From contig CDMY01000514.1 of the NCBI GenBank assembly GCA_001179505.1, forward strand, positions 1 to 61,197: a stretch of DNA of 61,197 nucleotides. Direction: 5' to 3'. Source of the DNA: Vitrella brassicaformis CCMP3155. Taxonomy: Eukaryota; Protista; Chromerida. How positions within the stretch are numbered: position 1 is the first letter of the stretch; every line of letters starts with the position of its first letter. Position numbers and translations under genes: made by a program. Of the stretch, positions 11,811 through 26,727 are shown in pieces. The notes below the pieces were generated by a model. The model was not told the DNA's origin. It saw nothing but the letters and a program-made list of their open reading frames with translations, and did no database searches.

Positions 11811-14800
11811 ATGAAGGCAGTTCTGCTGCTGGCGGCATCTCTCGTCCCGGGCGGAGGTACACAACCGACTAACGCGGATGAATGAAAGAGTAGTACAGGA
11901 ACCGTGCACAATTCATTACGCATTGTTTGTTTGTGTCTGTTTGGTTGGGTGCAGACACGTCGGATCTCCAGTGGCGGTCGCTGCACGTGCAGGTGAGCTC
12001 CCCGCACGCACCGCCAACCACAATACTCGACGACGTCAGCGGCCGGGCCGAAAAGGGCAGACTCCTCGCCATCCTCGGACCCAGTGGCAGCGGCAAGGTC
12101 AGTCAGATGTGCTAAGTGGATTCCATTCCTCGGGCCATTGTCATGTGTATGTGTTTTAGACGACGTTGCTGAATTGTTTGGCTGGTCAGCTGAGGAAGGG
12201 CAGCCCGGGTCAGAGGTTTGAGCTGACGGGTGAGATCACCAGCGACGGCAAGGCACTCGACGACCTCAGGGACAAAGAAAAACCCGCATACGTCAAACAG
12301 GAAGACCGTAAGGAGACGACACAGACAGACAGACGGATGTGGCTTCTGTGTCTGATCTGTATCGTTTGCTGTGCGGTGCGTTTGTGTCCATTTATGTCAG
12401 TGTTCTTCCCCTTCTTGACTGCGCGCGAGACTCTTCGGTTGATGGCCAGACTGAGGCTGCCCAGAAATCTCGACACGCCGGCCAAGGTGAGCTGAGTCGG
12501 TCGCTGGCCGGCGACCATTGGCTGCGGCGGTATCCGTCAATCATCTGCTTGTGTGAATGCATGTGTGTGTGTGCGGGTGGGGTGGGTGGGGTCAGAATGC
12601 GGCCGCAGAGAATGTGTTGCGCGAGTTGGGTCTGTCCAAATGCGCTGAGACGGTCGTGGGGGATGTCAACGGACCTGGTCAGTACGGCTGTCTGGGTATT
12701 TATTTCCGCTTGCAAATACCTGCGCTTTGTTCGCATACAGGTTTGAGTGGCGGCGAGCGCAAGAGGCTCAATCTCGCCTGCGAGCTCATTGGCGGGGGCG
12801 AACTCGTAAGCCACAAGAAAACAACACAGACACACAGACACACAGAAACATGGATACGGTCTCTGTGTCTGTCTGTCTGTCTGTCTGTGCGTTTGACATG
12901 TTTGTCAGATATTGGCCGACGAGCCGTCGTCGGGTTTGGATTCGTTTCAGGCGCTGCAGGTGATGGAGGTGCTGCACCGGCTGTGCCGCGACCTCAACAA
13001 GACAGTCGTCGCCTCGATACACCAGCCAAGGTCGTCGATATGGAGCCTTTTCGATGACGTTCTCGTACTCAGCGAGGGACAGGTACTCGTGTGGTGCCCA
13101 CCCACCCATTGGCTGTGGCTGCATGGCTGTTTGCGCGGGTGTCCATAGGTGTTGTTTCACGGCCCTGCTGAGCGTGCCTTGCCCTACTTCAAGGAACAAG
13201 GGTGGGCAGAGACGTCGCCCCCGCACCCAACACGTGGGCTCTTGCTGTCAATATTGCCCCGTCTGTCAGTTTCCCCTGTCCGGCCCAGTACAACCCCGCC
13301 GAGTTTCTCATCGACCTGGCCGCCATCGACCGGACTTCCAAGGACAAGGAACAGACGTGCAAGGAACGAATCGACAAACTGGCCAAGGGTGCGAACATTC
13401 ACACAACAGAATCCCGCACCATAAATACACATGACGCAACTTTCATGTTAATGTATGTGTGTGTGTATCAGCATGGCGCACCAGTCCGCCAGCGTATGCG
13501 GCCTTGCCGAGGGAGCAGAGCAGCCCACTGGTGCGGCGGAGGGGCCGTGGGGAGGGCAGGAGGAAGACACCAGCTTCATCCAATCTCGTACCCAAATGCA
13601 GGTGAGCAAGGCGTACGCCGGCAACACAGAGAGGCTCCTCTAATCCCCTCTCTCTCTGTCTGTGTATCTGTCTGTCTGTCTGTGTATCTGTCAGTGTGCC
13701 CGAGCAGTTTGCCCTGCTGCTTTCCCGTGCGTGGCGGCAGACGGTGCGCGACTCGCTCGCCAATCTCCTACGAGCGACCATCTCAGTCGCCCTGGCCGTC
13801 CTCTTTGGGCTCATCTTCGGGAGGCTCGGCAAAGGTACACGTACGCACAGAGAGGGGTGTGCGTGTTTGTGAGTATCGATGGCATCGATCGGTGCGTGTG
13901 TGCAGGTCAGAAGGCGATAGAGGACCGGATGGCGTTGCTGATGCACAGCGTCATCAACACGGGCATGATCGCCATGGTCAAGGCACTCAACGTCTTCGCA
14001 CGGGAGAGGCACGTTGTGCAGCACGAACGATCAAAGTCGTCGTACGGCGCCGCGCCTTACCTACTGTCAAAGGTCTGTCTGTCTGTCAGAGAGAGAGAGA
14101 GAGAGACCATGAGATGGATGGACGGATGGATGGATGGAATCAGATATTGTCTGAGCTGCCGGTGGAGCTGACATTTCCTCTACTCTTTGGCTCAATCCTG
14201 CACGTCATTGTGGGGCTCAATGCGGAGCCGGTCTCCAAGCTATACGGATTCCTCGGTCAGTCAGTCAATGGCCACATCCAACAGGAATGCACTTCGCTTG
14301 ATGTGCACATCAACGTCATCTCTCTCTCTCTATCCCTGACTGTCTGTCTGTCTGTCTGGTGCAGGTGTGCTGGGTCTGCACACGCTGGCATCCTCCTCTT
14401 TCGGCATGATGCTCTCCAGCATCGCGCCCACCACAGAAACGGCACTCGCCATCGGTAACAGAGAGACCATAGATGGCCGGACACACACCGATGGACGGAT
14501 GGATGGATGTTTGTGGATGGATGGATGGCATTTCTTTGTTTGTGTGTACGTTTGGTGCATGCAGGTCCAGCGCTGATGGTAGTGTTCATTCTGTTGGGTG
14601 GCATCCAGCAGAACCACCAGATGCCCTCATGGCTGAAACCGCTCGAGCAGGTATCCCTCGTCAAGTGGGCCTTCCAGGCGCTCGCTATCAACGAATTCAC
14701 GTAAGTCATCAGCGCACGCTCATTGTCTGCACCGAGATGCAATGAGATAAGATGAGACGGATGCACGTCTGTGTATGTGCAGCGGTCTTCGGTTCATCCC

Positions 14801-15505
14801 CGAGGTGTCGCGGCGGATGGGCGTCATCCCACAGCCACCTGCGATCAATGGCGAAATGGTACAGAACGTACACCAACCAAAACAGACAGACAGACAGACA
14901 GACGTTGATTGTGAACAGGTGTTGGAGCGGATGGATTTGGCCGACTGGCCGTTGCGCAAGCCCATTCTGGTGCAGTCGTCCCTCACCATGGCCAACTACC
15001 TCATCACATACCTGGCCCTGCTGCTCAGCAAACCCCAGTTTGTCGCCATCGGGGCCCCGCAGGACAACAATGTCAGTCAGTGAGCCCACGAGAGGGAGTG
15101 AACCACCTATGCGGCCCACCTCTGTTCGTCTCTGCGACTGTTTCCACCCATGTGTGTGTGTGTGTGTGTGTGTGTTTGCAGGTGCCTTCATCGAGCGAGA
15201 GCAACGCCAACAGTGCTGATTCTGAGGAGGGGCCAGTCAAGGGCGGCGCAGCAGGTAGCGGATTGGCTTTCCACACCAAGGTACGCCCACCCACCCCTCC
15301 CCACCCTGCACAAACAAGAGTGCGTGTGTGCGTATGTATATATGTATGTGCCTCTTCTGTGAGTGCCTTTTGTTTTTGTGTGTAGGGTGGGTGGCGCAAT
15401 GGCAAGAAGGTGCGTCTGCGGGGCCCATCATCACACCACACCCACCCATACCCCCACGCCATGCAGACAAACAGGGGCAAGGCGGCCGGGCGGCCGAAGG
15501 CTTGA
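11811..15505 (+). CDS. ABCG (White-type) half-transporter, NBD-TMD order, multi-exon
   Basis: Walker A GPSGSGK|TT, Q-loop AYVKQED, signature GLSGGERKRL, Walker B ADEPSSGLDSFQA, H-loop SIHQPRS, NPAEFLIDL, ABC2-type TM exons (ELPVELTFPLLFGSI, SLVKWAFQALAINEF). Start and last exon uncertain. Confidence 0.93.
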
Positions 15506-16268
15506 TGATTGATTGATTGAGACGTGGTGACCGACCAACCAGCCAGCCATCCAATCACTGAGGCCGTCTCTCGACGCGAGTCTGAGACACAGGCAATGAT
15601 CAATCGTATACGGGGTGGATCTCTCTATGGGGTCCGTTGTCTGCAAATGAAGACGGAGAGGGAGAGAGGCAGACTGACGTGCGGGGCTTCTTTCATTTAG
15701 GTGTACGGTGTACAGCCAGACAGACAGACGGACAGACAGACAGAGAGATTCGTCGTGAGGGCTGGGTAGGTATGACAAAACTATTGTCCCGTCTAGATGG
15801 CTGTGAGAGTGTTTTTTCACCGAACAAGACAGACAGACAGGCAAACACTTCGCGTGTGCACTGTGCATGTCTGTGTGTGTGTGTGTGTGTGTGTCTGTGT
15901 CGATTCCACGGAAGACACGCATCCCCAAACCGAACACCTGCCTGACCCACCGAGATGTCCTCTCACAACAAATACCACACTCCCACCCACCACTCATGGC
16001 TTTGTGCGTCTGCGGGTTCTCATGTGCTCAAGATGGGCTCCGCCCTCCCGATGGATGGATGTAGGCCAGTGTAATTGGAGAAATCCCAACGGCCAAGAGA
16101 GCAAAGCGAGAAGAAGGCAAAAACAGCGAAGATCCCCGATTTGCCCGCACACACACACACAATTGTGCACACACATGCCCAGCCACATCAACATCGACAG
16201 ATGCGACAGCAAACTCCCACACGGCAGAATCCGACATATATATGTGTGTGTGTGTGTGTGTGTCTCGG

Positions 16269-17283
16269 TCAGTGTGGCGTGTTTTCGATCTCTCGCAGCA
16301 CCTGTCCTTGATAAGGTAAATGCCATTGGCCTATTAGGACAGCAGCCCTCCTCGCTGCTCTAGAGACTGACTTACCTCGCGTGCAGTGGGGCGCTTCGCG
16401 GGGTCAAACTCAAAGCAACGCTGACGCGCACAACAACACAACACAATACAACACAATGGACACACACACGCGTCTCTGTGACTGCAGCGAGGAGAGAACT
16501 TGGGTCTCCCGTCACCTTAATGATCTGTCGGATGTTGGGAGGGAGAAAATGGGGGACCACCGGGGGCTGCACACGTCAACACAACACACGCACAAACCGC
16601 ACAGAGACACCCAATTAATGGCATGTGGTGTGGATTGTGATGACGGACGTACCTCTTTTTTGAGGAGGAGTGAGGTCATGATTTGCTGGATGGATGTGCA
16701 GTGACTGAAGGGGAGGGGCCCCCCGAAGATCTCAATGACGATGCAACCCAATGCCCAGATGTCCACCTTCTCAGTTATACGACTCGCTGATGGATGCAGT
16801 CAGTCACACCAGGCCACACCATTCATCGCCAAATGCACCCGTGCCTCTCTCTCTCTCTGTCTCTGTGTGTCTCTCTGTGTGTGTCTTTGTGTGTACTGGA
16901 TGAGTCGTAGCACTCGGGGGCCTGTTTGTGTCGCATAGACACACGCACAGGCACACACAGATGTGCGATCTCATGGTGTATGAGTGTAAGCTGTTTCGTC
17001 GTGCTGGCAGACTTGCCATATATCGAGGCGACCCTCCTGCACACAACAGGCCAGGCCAAGACAGGACATACAGACTCGTGTGTGTAGGTATCATATCGAT
17101 GTGCTCCATCCTTCTATCCATCCATCCATCCACCATACAAACAAACAAACAGACATCTGTGCGGTGCGCACCCATTCCGTCTTTGAGCGATATGTGTGTC
17201 CTCTCCATGCTCGTCGTCAGCCCAAAGTCGCACAGCTTAGCGTTCAAATCACGGTCAAGCTGACAACACACCGGCCCACCACA

Positions 17284-17317
<34 letters not shown>

Positions 17318-20300
17318 CATGAGAGCCGGTGAATGCCCTCCACCGCCACCCACCGACGGACCACAATATTGAGCGACTTGAGGTCTCGGTGCACGACAGT
17401 GGGTGTGCAGGCGTGCAGAAACACCACCCCCTCGCACGTCTGTTTGGCGATGTTCCACTGTGTCCTGAAGGGCAGCGGCCTCTTCTTCTCGTGCAGCAGG
17501 TCGTGCAGGGAACCACCCTCCATCAGCTCTGGACCGATCGATGGATGGATGGACCAGAGAGAGACAGAGGGAGACATGTGTGTGTGTGTGTGTGTAAGTG
17601 TACCGGTGACAATGCAGTAGTTCGGGTGTCGCAGGCAGGCGCCGTAGAAGGCCACCAGCCGCTCGTGGCGAAGGTCGCGAAAGGCCAATATCTCGGCCTC
17701 CAAATCACGAATCTGATCGACACAGCGAGACAAATTGGAGTGCGTGGCTCGATGGAGACACACCACATCGCATCACACTGCACTGCACCAAAAAAAGACC
17801 AGGTGTGTGATTCTGTAGTGTATTCTCGGGCTAGTCTTATCATCAGGCGAAAGTCAGACAGCAAAGAAGCTCCTCCCTCCCTTCCGTCCCTCCGTCCCCC
17901 TACTCTGCTTTGTTGCCATGCACGACTCACCCCCCACTCACTGACCCACCTGTTCCTCAGTGACGATTCCCTTCTCGAGGTGGAGTTTCTTGATGGCCAC
18001 CTTGTGCCCCTTGTACAGCCCGCTGTACACGCTCCCGAACCCCCCGCTGCCCAACGACTTGAGGAGCGTCAGCTCCTCGTACCGAATCCGCTCAGGCTTG
18101 GTCAGACCCAGCCGCTGACCCAACACCGTTGTGGCGCTCATGCGACGGCCTCGCTCGGCTGATAATGGATGGATTGTTTGATGGAATAACGGAGAGGGGG
18201 AGAGGGAGAAAGGGTGTTTCTTTATTGTGTTTCTTTCCTACGTGGCTTTGATGGGTCCGCGAGGCCTGACACGCTTGAAGGTACCGCCTGACACACACGT
18301 ACATGGCATACAGACAGACATTGAGACAGACATGCCTCCGTTCCTTTCTGTCTGACTGTCTGTGCATTGGTTCACCGAGTACTGCTGCTGCTGCATGGGC
18401 AGCACGGCGGGCGATGGCGGCGCATACACGAAATGGGCAGCAGGCAGAAACGCAGGACCTACACACACAACGGAATACTCAGCCATACATATCCCTCCAC
18501 CCTTTGCTCCCTCACGCACCAGCCTGTTGATGTGGATGTGGTGGTCTGGGCTGGCCAGCGGAGGGGGCGCGCCATTCCCTTCGCTGCGGTGCGGGGGCGG
18601 GGGAGGGCGACTGGGACCGGGCGTGCTGATGCGCGGCGGCAGCGGCAGCACCGACTGGAACCGGCACAGCAGCCACAGCAGCAGCAGCAGCGGGTTGTTG
18701 CTGCTGCTGAGATGACGAGGCATACCTGTACACCCAGCCACCCCACCCACTTTCACACCACTTATGGATGGATGGGCTGACTGCTGACCTGTAGTTGGGT
18801 GGGGGCGTGGCGGACCGGTGATACGCACCCCTTTGCTGCGCTAATGGTGCTGGCGTAGCTGGGGTGACGGCCTTGGCTGGTGCTGGTGCTGGAGCTGGAG
18901 CTGGTGGTTGTGGTGGTTGTGCTGGTTGTGGTGGTCCCGGCGGGGCCACATAGGGGTGGTGTGGCTGAGGGGGTGCCGATGCCGCCGCCCCCCACTGCTG
19001 GCCCAGCGACCCAGACCCGTAACGATTGAGTGGCGGACGGCTGGACGGGGGCTGAATTTAGCGCATACACAGACAGATACATGGAGAGAAAAGGATCCAT
19101 CCAACATGCACCCATCTGTTCATCTGTACCTACCTGTGGCGTCATGCACCTTCTCATTTGCCTCTCCACACCAGCAGCGGGACCGGGGGCGAGATGCTGC
19201 TGGGGCTTGCCAGGTGCTGCCTGCAGTGTTGGCTGGGGTGCCGCCTGTGGTGCTGGTGCTGCTGCTGGTGCTGGTGCTGGCTGCTGCTGTGGCTGTGGCT
19301 GCTGTGTGGGTGTTGCGGGTGTGGGTGCAGGTGCTGGTGGCTGCTTTGTGTCGTCAATGTACGTCAGACACAGATGCGCACAGAGTAGCCTGACAGCACA
19401 CATAAAGAGGCGTCTTTGTGCGTTGTGTGTCCCTCTCTCTTACTTGGCAAGCGTCTGGGCATCTCTTTCTGAGAGGTAAAGGTCAGTGAGCTTCGTGAGC
19501 TCGGCTGCCATGGCGGAGAGCTTGTGTGTTGTCCCGGCTGAGCTGCTTTGGGTGGCTTGCAGTGACGCCACATGGGCTGCCAGGGGGCCGTGCAGCGCGG
19601 TGGCCTGCTGCATGTGGTGGCTGTATGCCGCATACGGCGTCTGGTCCCCCTTCTCATGAGCTGCCACCAGGGCCATGTAGATGTGCGCAAGGCCTGCAAC
19701 GGATGCACCCACATGTCTGTCTGGTCGCTGCATCCGTGTGTGGTGCATGAGAAGTGACCTTTGATGGAGGGTTGGGCGTTGATGAAGCTGCCGGGCAGCT
19801 CTAGTGCGTGAGACAGCGCCTTCTTGGCCCCTTCGGCGTCGCCACGCACACACATGCAGTACCCCTGAGACAGAACAACACACACATCCGTCCATCCATC
19901 CATCCATCCACGGATCCAGCCCTACACAACGGACCATTTTGGTGTGCGCCTCTGGGTGAGTGGCGTTCAGCTCGACGGCCTTATTGAAGAAGTTCAATGC
20001 CTCCACTGCACTCGTGTCGACCGAAGGAGAGGAAGAAGAGGGCAGTGCTGCGAGTGCCGCAGACATCGACATGGACCCCTGCAGCAGAGGAACCAGGTAC
20101 GCATCCACAGCCACTGGGCCCTGCAACACACACACAAACAAACAAAGAGGCTTTTGTGTTGGTCTGTGGGATGGCAAAGTGGGTGCTCACGAGTTTCTGC
20201 GCTTCGTCCAGGTGAGTGGCGAGCTTGGGGGCGTTGTGTGTGCGATCGGCTATCTGGGCCATCAGCAGATGGAGGTCCGCCTTGATGGTCCTGACACACA

Positions 20301-20825
20301 TGAATAGAGAGAGGGATGGATGGAGACACATGTCACACGTTGATTGATTGACTGACATGGCGTTTGGGTCGTCCTCCTTGACGGCTCTGAGTGCGTGTTG
20401 TGCGCTATTGTAGGCGTCGTGGTGCTTGTGCTGTCTGAACCAGATCAGCGACTCCAGCCGATAGAGGGCTGCCTCGGTGGCCTTCAATGCCAAACCCTAC
20501 ACACACACACATCACACGTACGTAAGGATGCACACATGTGGAAGGAGAGAGAGAGGGAGGGAGGGAGGGAGGGATAAGTAGTTACTGACCGCTCTGACGT
20601 GTGCCATAGCCTCTTCGTGTTGGTCATCCATGGCGTGATACTTGGCACCTGCACAGCCCACACCAGCCAGGACCTTTCCATTTTCGCCTTACGCTGTCTC
20701 TCCGTCATGTGATGTGATGTGGCTCACCAAGGTAGTGAAGGGCCAGCCTTAGCTCAGGCGACTGGGCCATATTCAATGCCTGCGCACACACACACACAAC
20801 ACACATACGGGTCGGTCATGTCTCC

Positions 20826-20861
<36 letters not shown>

Positions 20862-23800
20862 TCTCCCTCTCTCACCAAAGCCACATGTTTCTTGCCCTTC
20901 GACAGGTCCCTGCCCCCGTCCATGTAATCGCCCCCCGACAGCTCGGCAATGTGGTAGTGCGCCTCCGCCATGGCCGGCTTCACAGCCAGCAGGCGCTCAT
21001 ACGCACGGATGGCCTCGTCACGGTACGCCACACCACCCCTTGTGTCGCTTGGGGTGCTGGTCTGGGTGGTCACCAGCTTCCTGAGACACCTGGCGTAGCC
21101 TTCCAGGTAGTCGGCATTTTGGGGCTCGTGGGAAAGCAGCCGGTCGTAGTGCCTGGAAGCTCCGGCAAAGTCCCTGCAGATGAACAATTTTTGCAAGCGA
21201 GATTGCTTGTGGTGGGAAGAAAATATCTGTCTGATTTGGTTTGCTGACTTCTGGTCGATGGCGTGCTGTGCGAGTCTTGCGATGACATCGGGCAGGTCAC
21301 AAAGGGGCGGGCTCAGCTGGGAGTAGCGCTCCATGGCCTTCTGACGGTCCCCACTTCGGTCATGCAGACGCGCAAGCGACAGCCTGTTGCACAGAAAAGT
21401 GTGATACACGAGGCACATAAGTCCACACAGGTGTGCTTATGGGTACGTGTGCTGGTTGGCGTTGTCCTTGTCGAGTGCGATGAGGCGCGTGAGGCACTTG
21501 ATCTGCAGATCCAGCCCATCGAGGCGCTTCCCCACCTCATATAGCCCGATCCATGCGTCGAGACACCCAGCGGCACCACCACTGCTGCCCACAGCGATGG
21601 CCTCCTCGTAGCACGACTGGGCCTCCCCCCACGCACCCAATTGTATGTGCAGGCCGCCAAGCTTGACCCACACGGCGGCTCTTCGTGTGCCGTCCAGCTC
21701 GCCGACCAAAGTCTGGCGGACGAAAGGATGTATAAGGGTGCCGGATGGTGTGGTTTGAGGTCTGTCTCACTTGGTACGTGGCTATGGCTTCTTGTGTTCT
21801 TCCTTGTGTCGCGTACGATCGTGCTATTGTCTCACGAGCGTCGGGTGGAAGCGCACCCACTGCACACACACAGCCAGCCAGCCATCCATCTCTCTCTCCC
21901 GGTGTCACGTGTCTTCACTCACCCTTGTCGCCCGGCATTTTCCTCATTGCGGTGTCGAAGCAGCGCATGGCGTCTGTGTCTTGCTGGCGACTGCTGAGCC
22001 ACCGGCCGTACTCGATTAGCAATCCCACATCTGCACCACCACCACCAACCCACAACACAGGCCACCAATCCAATCATGCAAAGCACCTCGTCTCCAGACA
22101 GGCAACAGACAAGCCTGCCCACCCACCCAGGAGGTCTCTTGCCAGGCCACGGCGGAGCAACGAGTCAGCGGCAGACATCCTGACACACAAATGGATGGAT
22201 GGATGGATGGATGGAGGGGACATTCCCAATTCTTCCCACCCCCCACACACCCTTGTGCATCCACAGTCGCTCTGATGAGCTTGGCGAGCAAGTCGTCACT
22301 CATGCCCTCCCCCTGGGTGTCTGCGATCTTCTGCAGATGGGGGAGTGCGTCTGCGTATCGGCCCTGCCGCCAGAGAACGTCGGCCATGTCAGGTGAGATG
22401 TCCATGTCTGGCGGCATGAGGTCCGGCAGAATGGACAGGAACAGCTCCTCCGCCTCCTTGTACCGACCCTGCACCAATTGAATGCAATGAGACGAGACGA
22501 GACGAGACGAGATGACACGAGACGAGAGAATCAGCTTAAGATGCCTCTCTGTGCGCCTGTGCCTGCCTGCTTGGATTTGAATTGCCCCCATGATGTGAGT
22601 GCATGTGGGTCTCCCGGCCTGGCCATGGTGGCCTTGCCGAGATAGCGCTCCACATCGGTCTCTGACCCGTCACGCGCCGCCTGTTGACCCAGGTGCAGAT
22701 TGATGGCATACCTGCACTCATGCCACACACACACACATCGGTGTGGGGGTGAGAGTGGGTGTTGGTGTCTTGTGTTGGGTACCCCACCCAAGGTCGACTG
22801 TGTCGGGGAGGAGCTTGACTCGCTGCATGACGTCCCTCAGCCGACTCTCGTCGCCAACACCGGCAAGCCACCTACCACACGCATACACAGACAGACAGAG
22901 GGAAATGTAGGTGTCGTGGATGAGGTTCGGCCTTTTGTATGTGCTTACAGCTCGAGGGTCCCCCTGGCCATCATGACGAGTGCTCTCTCGTCGTCACACA
23001 CATACTGCAGCCGCTCGCTCGCCAACACCAACACCTCTTGCCACTTGGCTGTGCCCTGGGGGCCCTTGACGGCCTCCTTGTAGACCTTCTTGAGCTGCTC
23101 CTCGTTGTCGCGCAGCCTTTGCTCCCGGAGCTCCTTCTCTTGTTGGAGCCGCTGCTGTTCCATCTCCCTCTCCATGTCTATCTGCTTCTGTCTCTCCATC
23201 TCGCGCTGTCTCTCTCTTTCTCGTTCGCGTTCTCTTTCTTGCTCCTCTTGCTGCTGCTGCTCTGCAAGCCGGCGCTGTCTCTCCATCTCTATCTGTTGCT
23301 GTCTCTCCATTTCCAGCTCCCTCTCTCTGTCCAGCATCATCGCTTGCTCATGGTCGATGGACAGGTATGGCGGCTGCCCTTGCTGTGTTTCTTCGCCACC
23401 AGGCTGCACGCTGAGGGGAATGGGCGGCAACAGCACGCCTGCCGCCGCTGCGGATGGCGGTGCCGCTAGTGCTGCTGATGCAGTCGGTGCACTGAAGGGG
23501 TCAGGCCCGCCGTCGAGCGGTGCCGAGAAGGTGGGCGGTGCCCGCTGGTAGGGCGAGATGGGCGGCAGGGGGGCGGGGAAGGGCAGCAGGGGGGAGGGGG
23601 ACACATCAACCTAACCAAGCACAGAAACGCACAGAGAGAGAGAGGGAGACATACTGATACGTGTAGCTACAGATCGCTGCTGGCCTGTCTCACCCCTCAC
23701 CTCTCTCTCCCTCCACACACTTGCAGGGGTGTCGATAGCCGCATGTGGGTGAGACATGAGAGGGACGGATGGCTGGGCCGCTGCGGGTGCGGGTGCGGGT

Positions 23801-26625
23801 GTGGGTGTGCTGATGGCTTCTGGCAGTATGTACGTGACAAGACCGGTCAGACAGGGGGGCACAGTCGCAGTGGGGTCCGTTTCCACCGTATACTGGGCCT
23901 CTGGCCAACAGACAGAGACCCACACAGCTGTACGTGTAGACGTGTAGAAGTGTACACTGGTGTCACGCACTAACCAGGGATGATTTTCTGCGCAAAGTAG
24001 TTGGCCCATTCGTGGCACTGGCGCAGCGACATGCTGCTGCTCAGCTGGCTGGTGTGGGGCAGCAGGTCCAGGGAGGGAGGGCACAACGGGCGAGCGCGAT
24101 CCAACAAATGACGGCACAGACCCTGGATACACGAAACACCTGCTGGCGGTTTTTCTCTTTCTCTTTCTCTCTCTCTCTCACGTGTTGTTGGCTTACGGTG
24201 TCTCCCTTGTATAGGCACAGTGTGGCCGCTTTGATGAGTGGCTTGTAGGCCACGGGTGAGCGGCGAAGCCCATCGCACAACCGATCCAAACAGGCGCGTC
24301 GGTGATCCATCCTGCAACAATGCATTCACTCAGCAATTCAACAATAGACAGATAGGCCACCTGCGCATCCATCCCCACCCAGCGACTCACTGCTGCATTC
24401 TGGCGCACAGGTAGACGAGCTCGGTGCCGCCTCCCGCGCCATCCAGCCAGCCCTCCATGTCTCCATCACAGCTCATCCCATACACGCAGGCCAACTCGAT
24501 GTACCACCCCGCCTTGTCCGCACTCTCTGCCCTCTCCTTGTTGGCCAACACGTGCTGGAACCTGACCAGGGCCTCCCTATACTGCCTCGTCTGGTAGAGA
24601 TATATGCCAATGAGAAATATCACAAACAGTGCCGGAGGGTGGTCCTCAAATGCGGTCTGGAGGAGCGTCTGGGCTTGGCTGAGCAGATGGGGGGTGGGAG
24701 GGGTGGTTGACGGTGAGGGGTACAGGTCATAGAGAGCAGCGATCTGCACGACAGACAGACAGGCAGAAAGGGGAGACATTTAAGTGTGAAGGATATGTGC
24801 ACATTGGTGTCCCTGCCAACACGCACCCGAAGGTACTGGTCTGCGATCATGGTGATGGTGTGTGTGTCGGGCCGCAGCTGCTGGGCGACGTGCAGGTGCG
24901 TGGCGGCATCCTCCAGCCGACCCGACAAACGCCACAAATCAGCTGGCCCACATACATTCGCAGCCGTTCAGCCCATCCCGGTTCCGTACACACGTGAATA
25001 TGCGTACCTGCTCTCACGAGCAGTTGCACTTTCTCAGGCGACTCACCGCTGGACACAAACTGACCGTGAGAAGGACAGGGGAATACAGACAGCCCGCCAC
25101 GGGCTGTTTTCCATCGTGCGTACCTGCCGAATGTCATGGCCGTCGAATCCGTAGTCGTGTCTGAGGATGTACTCGAGCTCCTCTCGTGCCTTGCGATACC
25201 GATGCAGATGCAGCAAATACTTGTCTGAAAAAATGGAACAAACACACAGGGAAACAAAGGTGCCAGAGAACTTATCCGTGTGCGCTCACGTCTGATCCCA
25301 ATCGCTTCTCGATACACGGCTGATGTAATGAATCCATGCAAAGGAGAGAGATCACGTTTGGCCACCCATCGGCGCCACAAGCAGTCGAGTGCCAAACTGC
25401 GCGTACCTCTGTCTCTGCCTCTCCAATCGTGGTCTTTGCGAATACACTCCACAATATGCCGCGTGTGGTGAGCCGCCTCGGGCACGCTGGCCACCAAATC
25501 CTACAACGCACACAACAGATGACAACAGAATCGATGGAACCATGGCTGCCTTCCCTGCCCCCTCTCTGCTCACTTACGTATGCGAAAACGAGTGACTTGT
25601 GTGCACTGATCCGGGCGTCGGCTTTGTCTTGCTGGTCGAGGTCACTGCGAGTGTCGCACAGCTCGAGCACCTTGAGTGCCTGTTGAATGGCCTCCTGGGG
25701 CCTCATCGGCTCCACATTCAGCAGCAGCTCGGCCAGCAACTTGTACGGCAGCGGCTCCGTCGGGAAATCCACAGCAGCCTGTTCGCACACCTTGACCGCT
25801 CTGCCATTGGACAGAGAATACCGACTGATGTCTCATTGTGTTCTGTTTTCGTCCTCACTTGTCTGTTTGTTCCGTTCGCCTGAGGCAGTAGACGTACATC
25901 TTGACGGTCTCCAAATCTGTCCGCCCACACTAACAGAGCGGAATCACACAGCACGACAGAATCATAGCGCACCATATTCAGCTTTGATCAGCTTGTCTTA
26001 CATATTTCCAGGCCTGTTCGAAGCACTGTGTGGCGCTCGGCCACTGCCCCAGCTGGCCGTTGCAGAAACCGCGATTGTGGAGGGCACTGATGTAGTCGTC
26101 GCCCGAGAGTGCCGTCTGGTGACGAAGCACTTCTGTGTACAGTCGGACGGCCTCAGCGAAGTGCCCTTTGTTCATGGCCGTCATGGCTTGGTGGAGAAGG
26201 GATGCCAGGGGAGAAGCAGGGCCCGGGGAGGACCGCCACTGGCTGCCTGCACGGTAGACACGCGAGAGACCGGGACATACATGCACAGACAAAGATATGC
26301 ACACTAACTCTCATATGCATACGCATGTACCTCTCTGGGTGATCTGCATCGCCGGCTGATGCACATGTTGCATGTACACCGCCGCACTCTGGGGAAATGC
26401 CGAAACGGGCACAACCGAATGGCCGGATGCACTCACCCGCTGGCCTGTTGGGAGAGGGCCGTTTTGGTTGACGTAGCTGGTTCTGGACACGTCAGCAGAA
26501 TGACGTGAGGGGATCCTGCCTGCGTCTGGGGGAGGGGTGGGGTGCATGACTAGTCGGGGCGTCCATTCTTCCTCGCGTTGCCGAGGGGCATATGCGGCCA
26601 CGGGAGAGGACTGCTCATTCCCCAT
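16269..26625 (-). CDS. Large TPR-repeat + coiled-coil + Pro/Gln-rich + C-terminal TKL protein kinase, with N-terminal MGNEQS myristoylation-type motif (single-gene model inferred)
   Basis: Kinase exons 16269-18141: LGSGGFGSVY, VAIKKL, ELMEGGSL, HRDLKSLN, LCDFGL, GSPRYMAPE, DIWALG, FDPAKRPTARE; stop at 16269-16271. Upstream, many TPR-like helical exons (AEAVRLYTEVL, QYREALVRFQHVL, GRYKEAEELF, AIRAYERLLAVKPAMAEAHY) and an E/R/Q coiled coil at 23050-23350. No intergenic break was seen between them. Kinase call ~0.95; fusion less certain. Confidence 0.75.
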
Positions 26626-26727
26626 GAGGGCCCGTGCAGTGACGCCGACGGGAAAGAAAACGCCTCGGGAATCTTTCAAGATCGCAGCCCCCACGTGGCC
26701 CCCGTCTCGCGAGAGAATTTGAGGCCG

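Noticed and set aside
17329-18162. 277-aa plus-strand ORF
   Set aside because: Antisense of kinase exons and introns.
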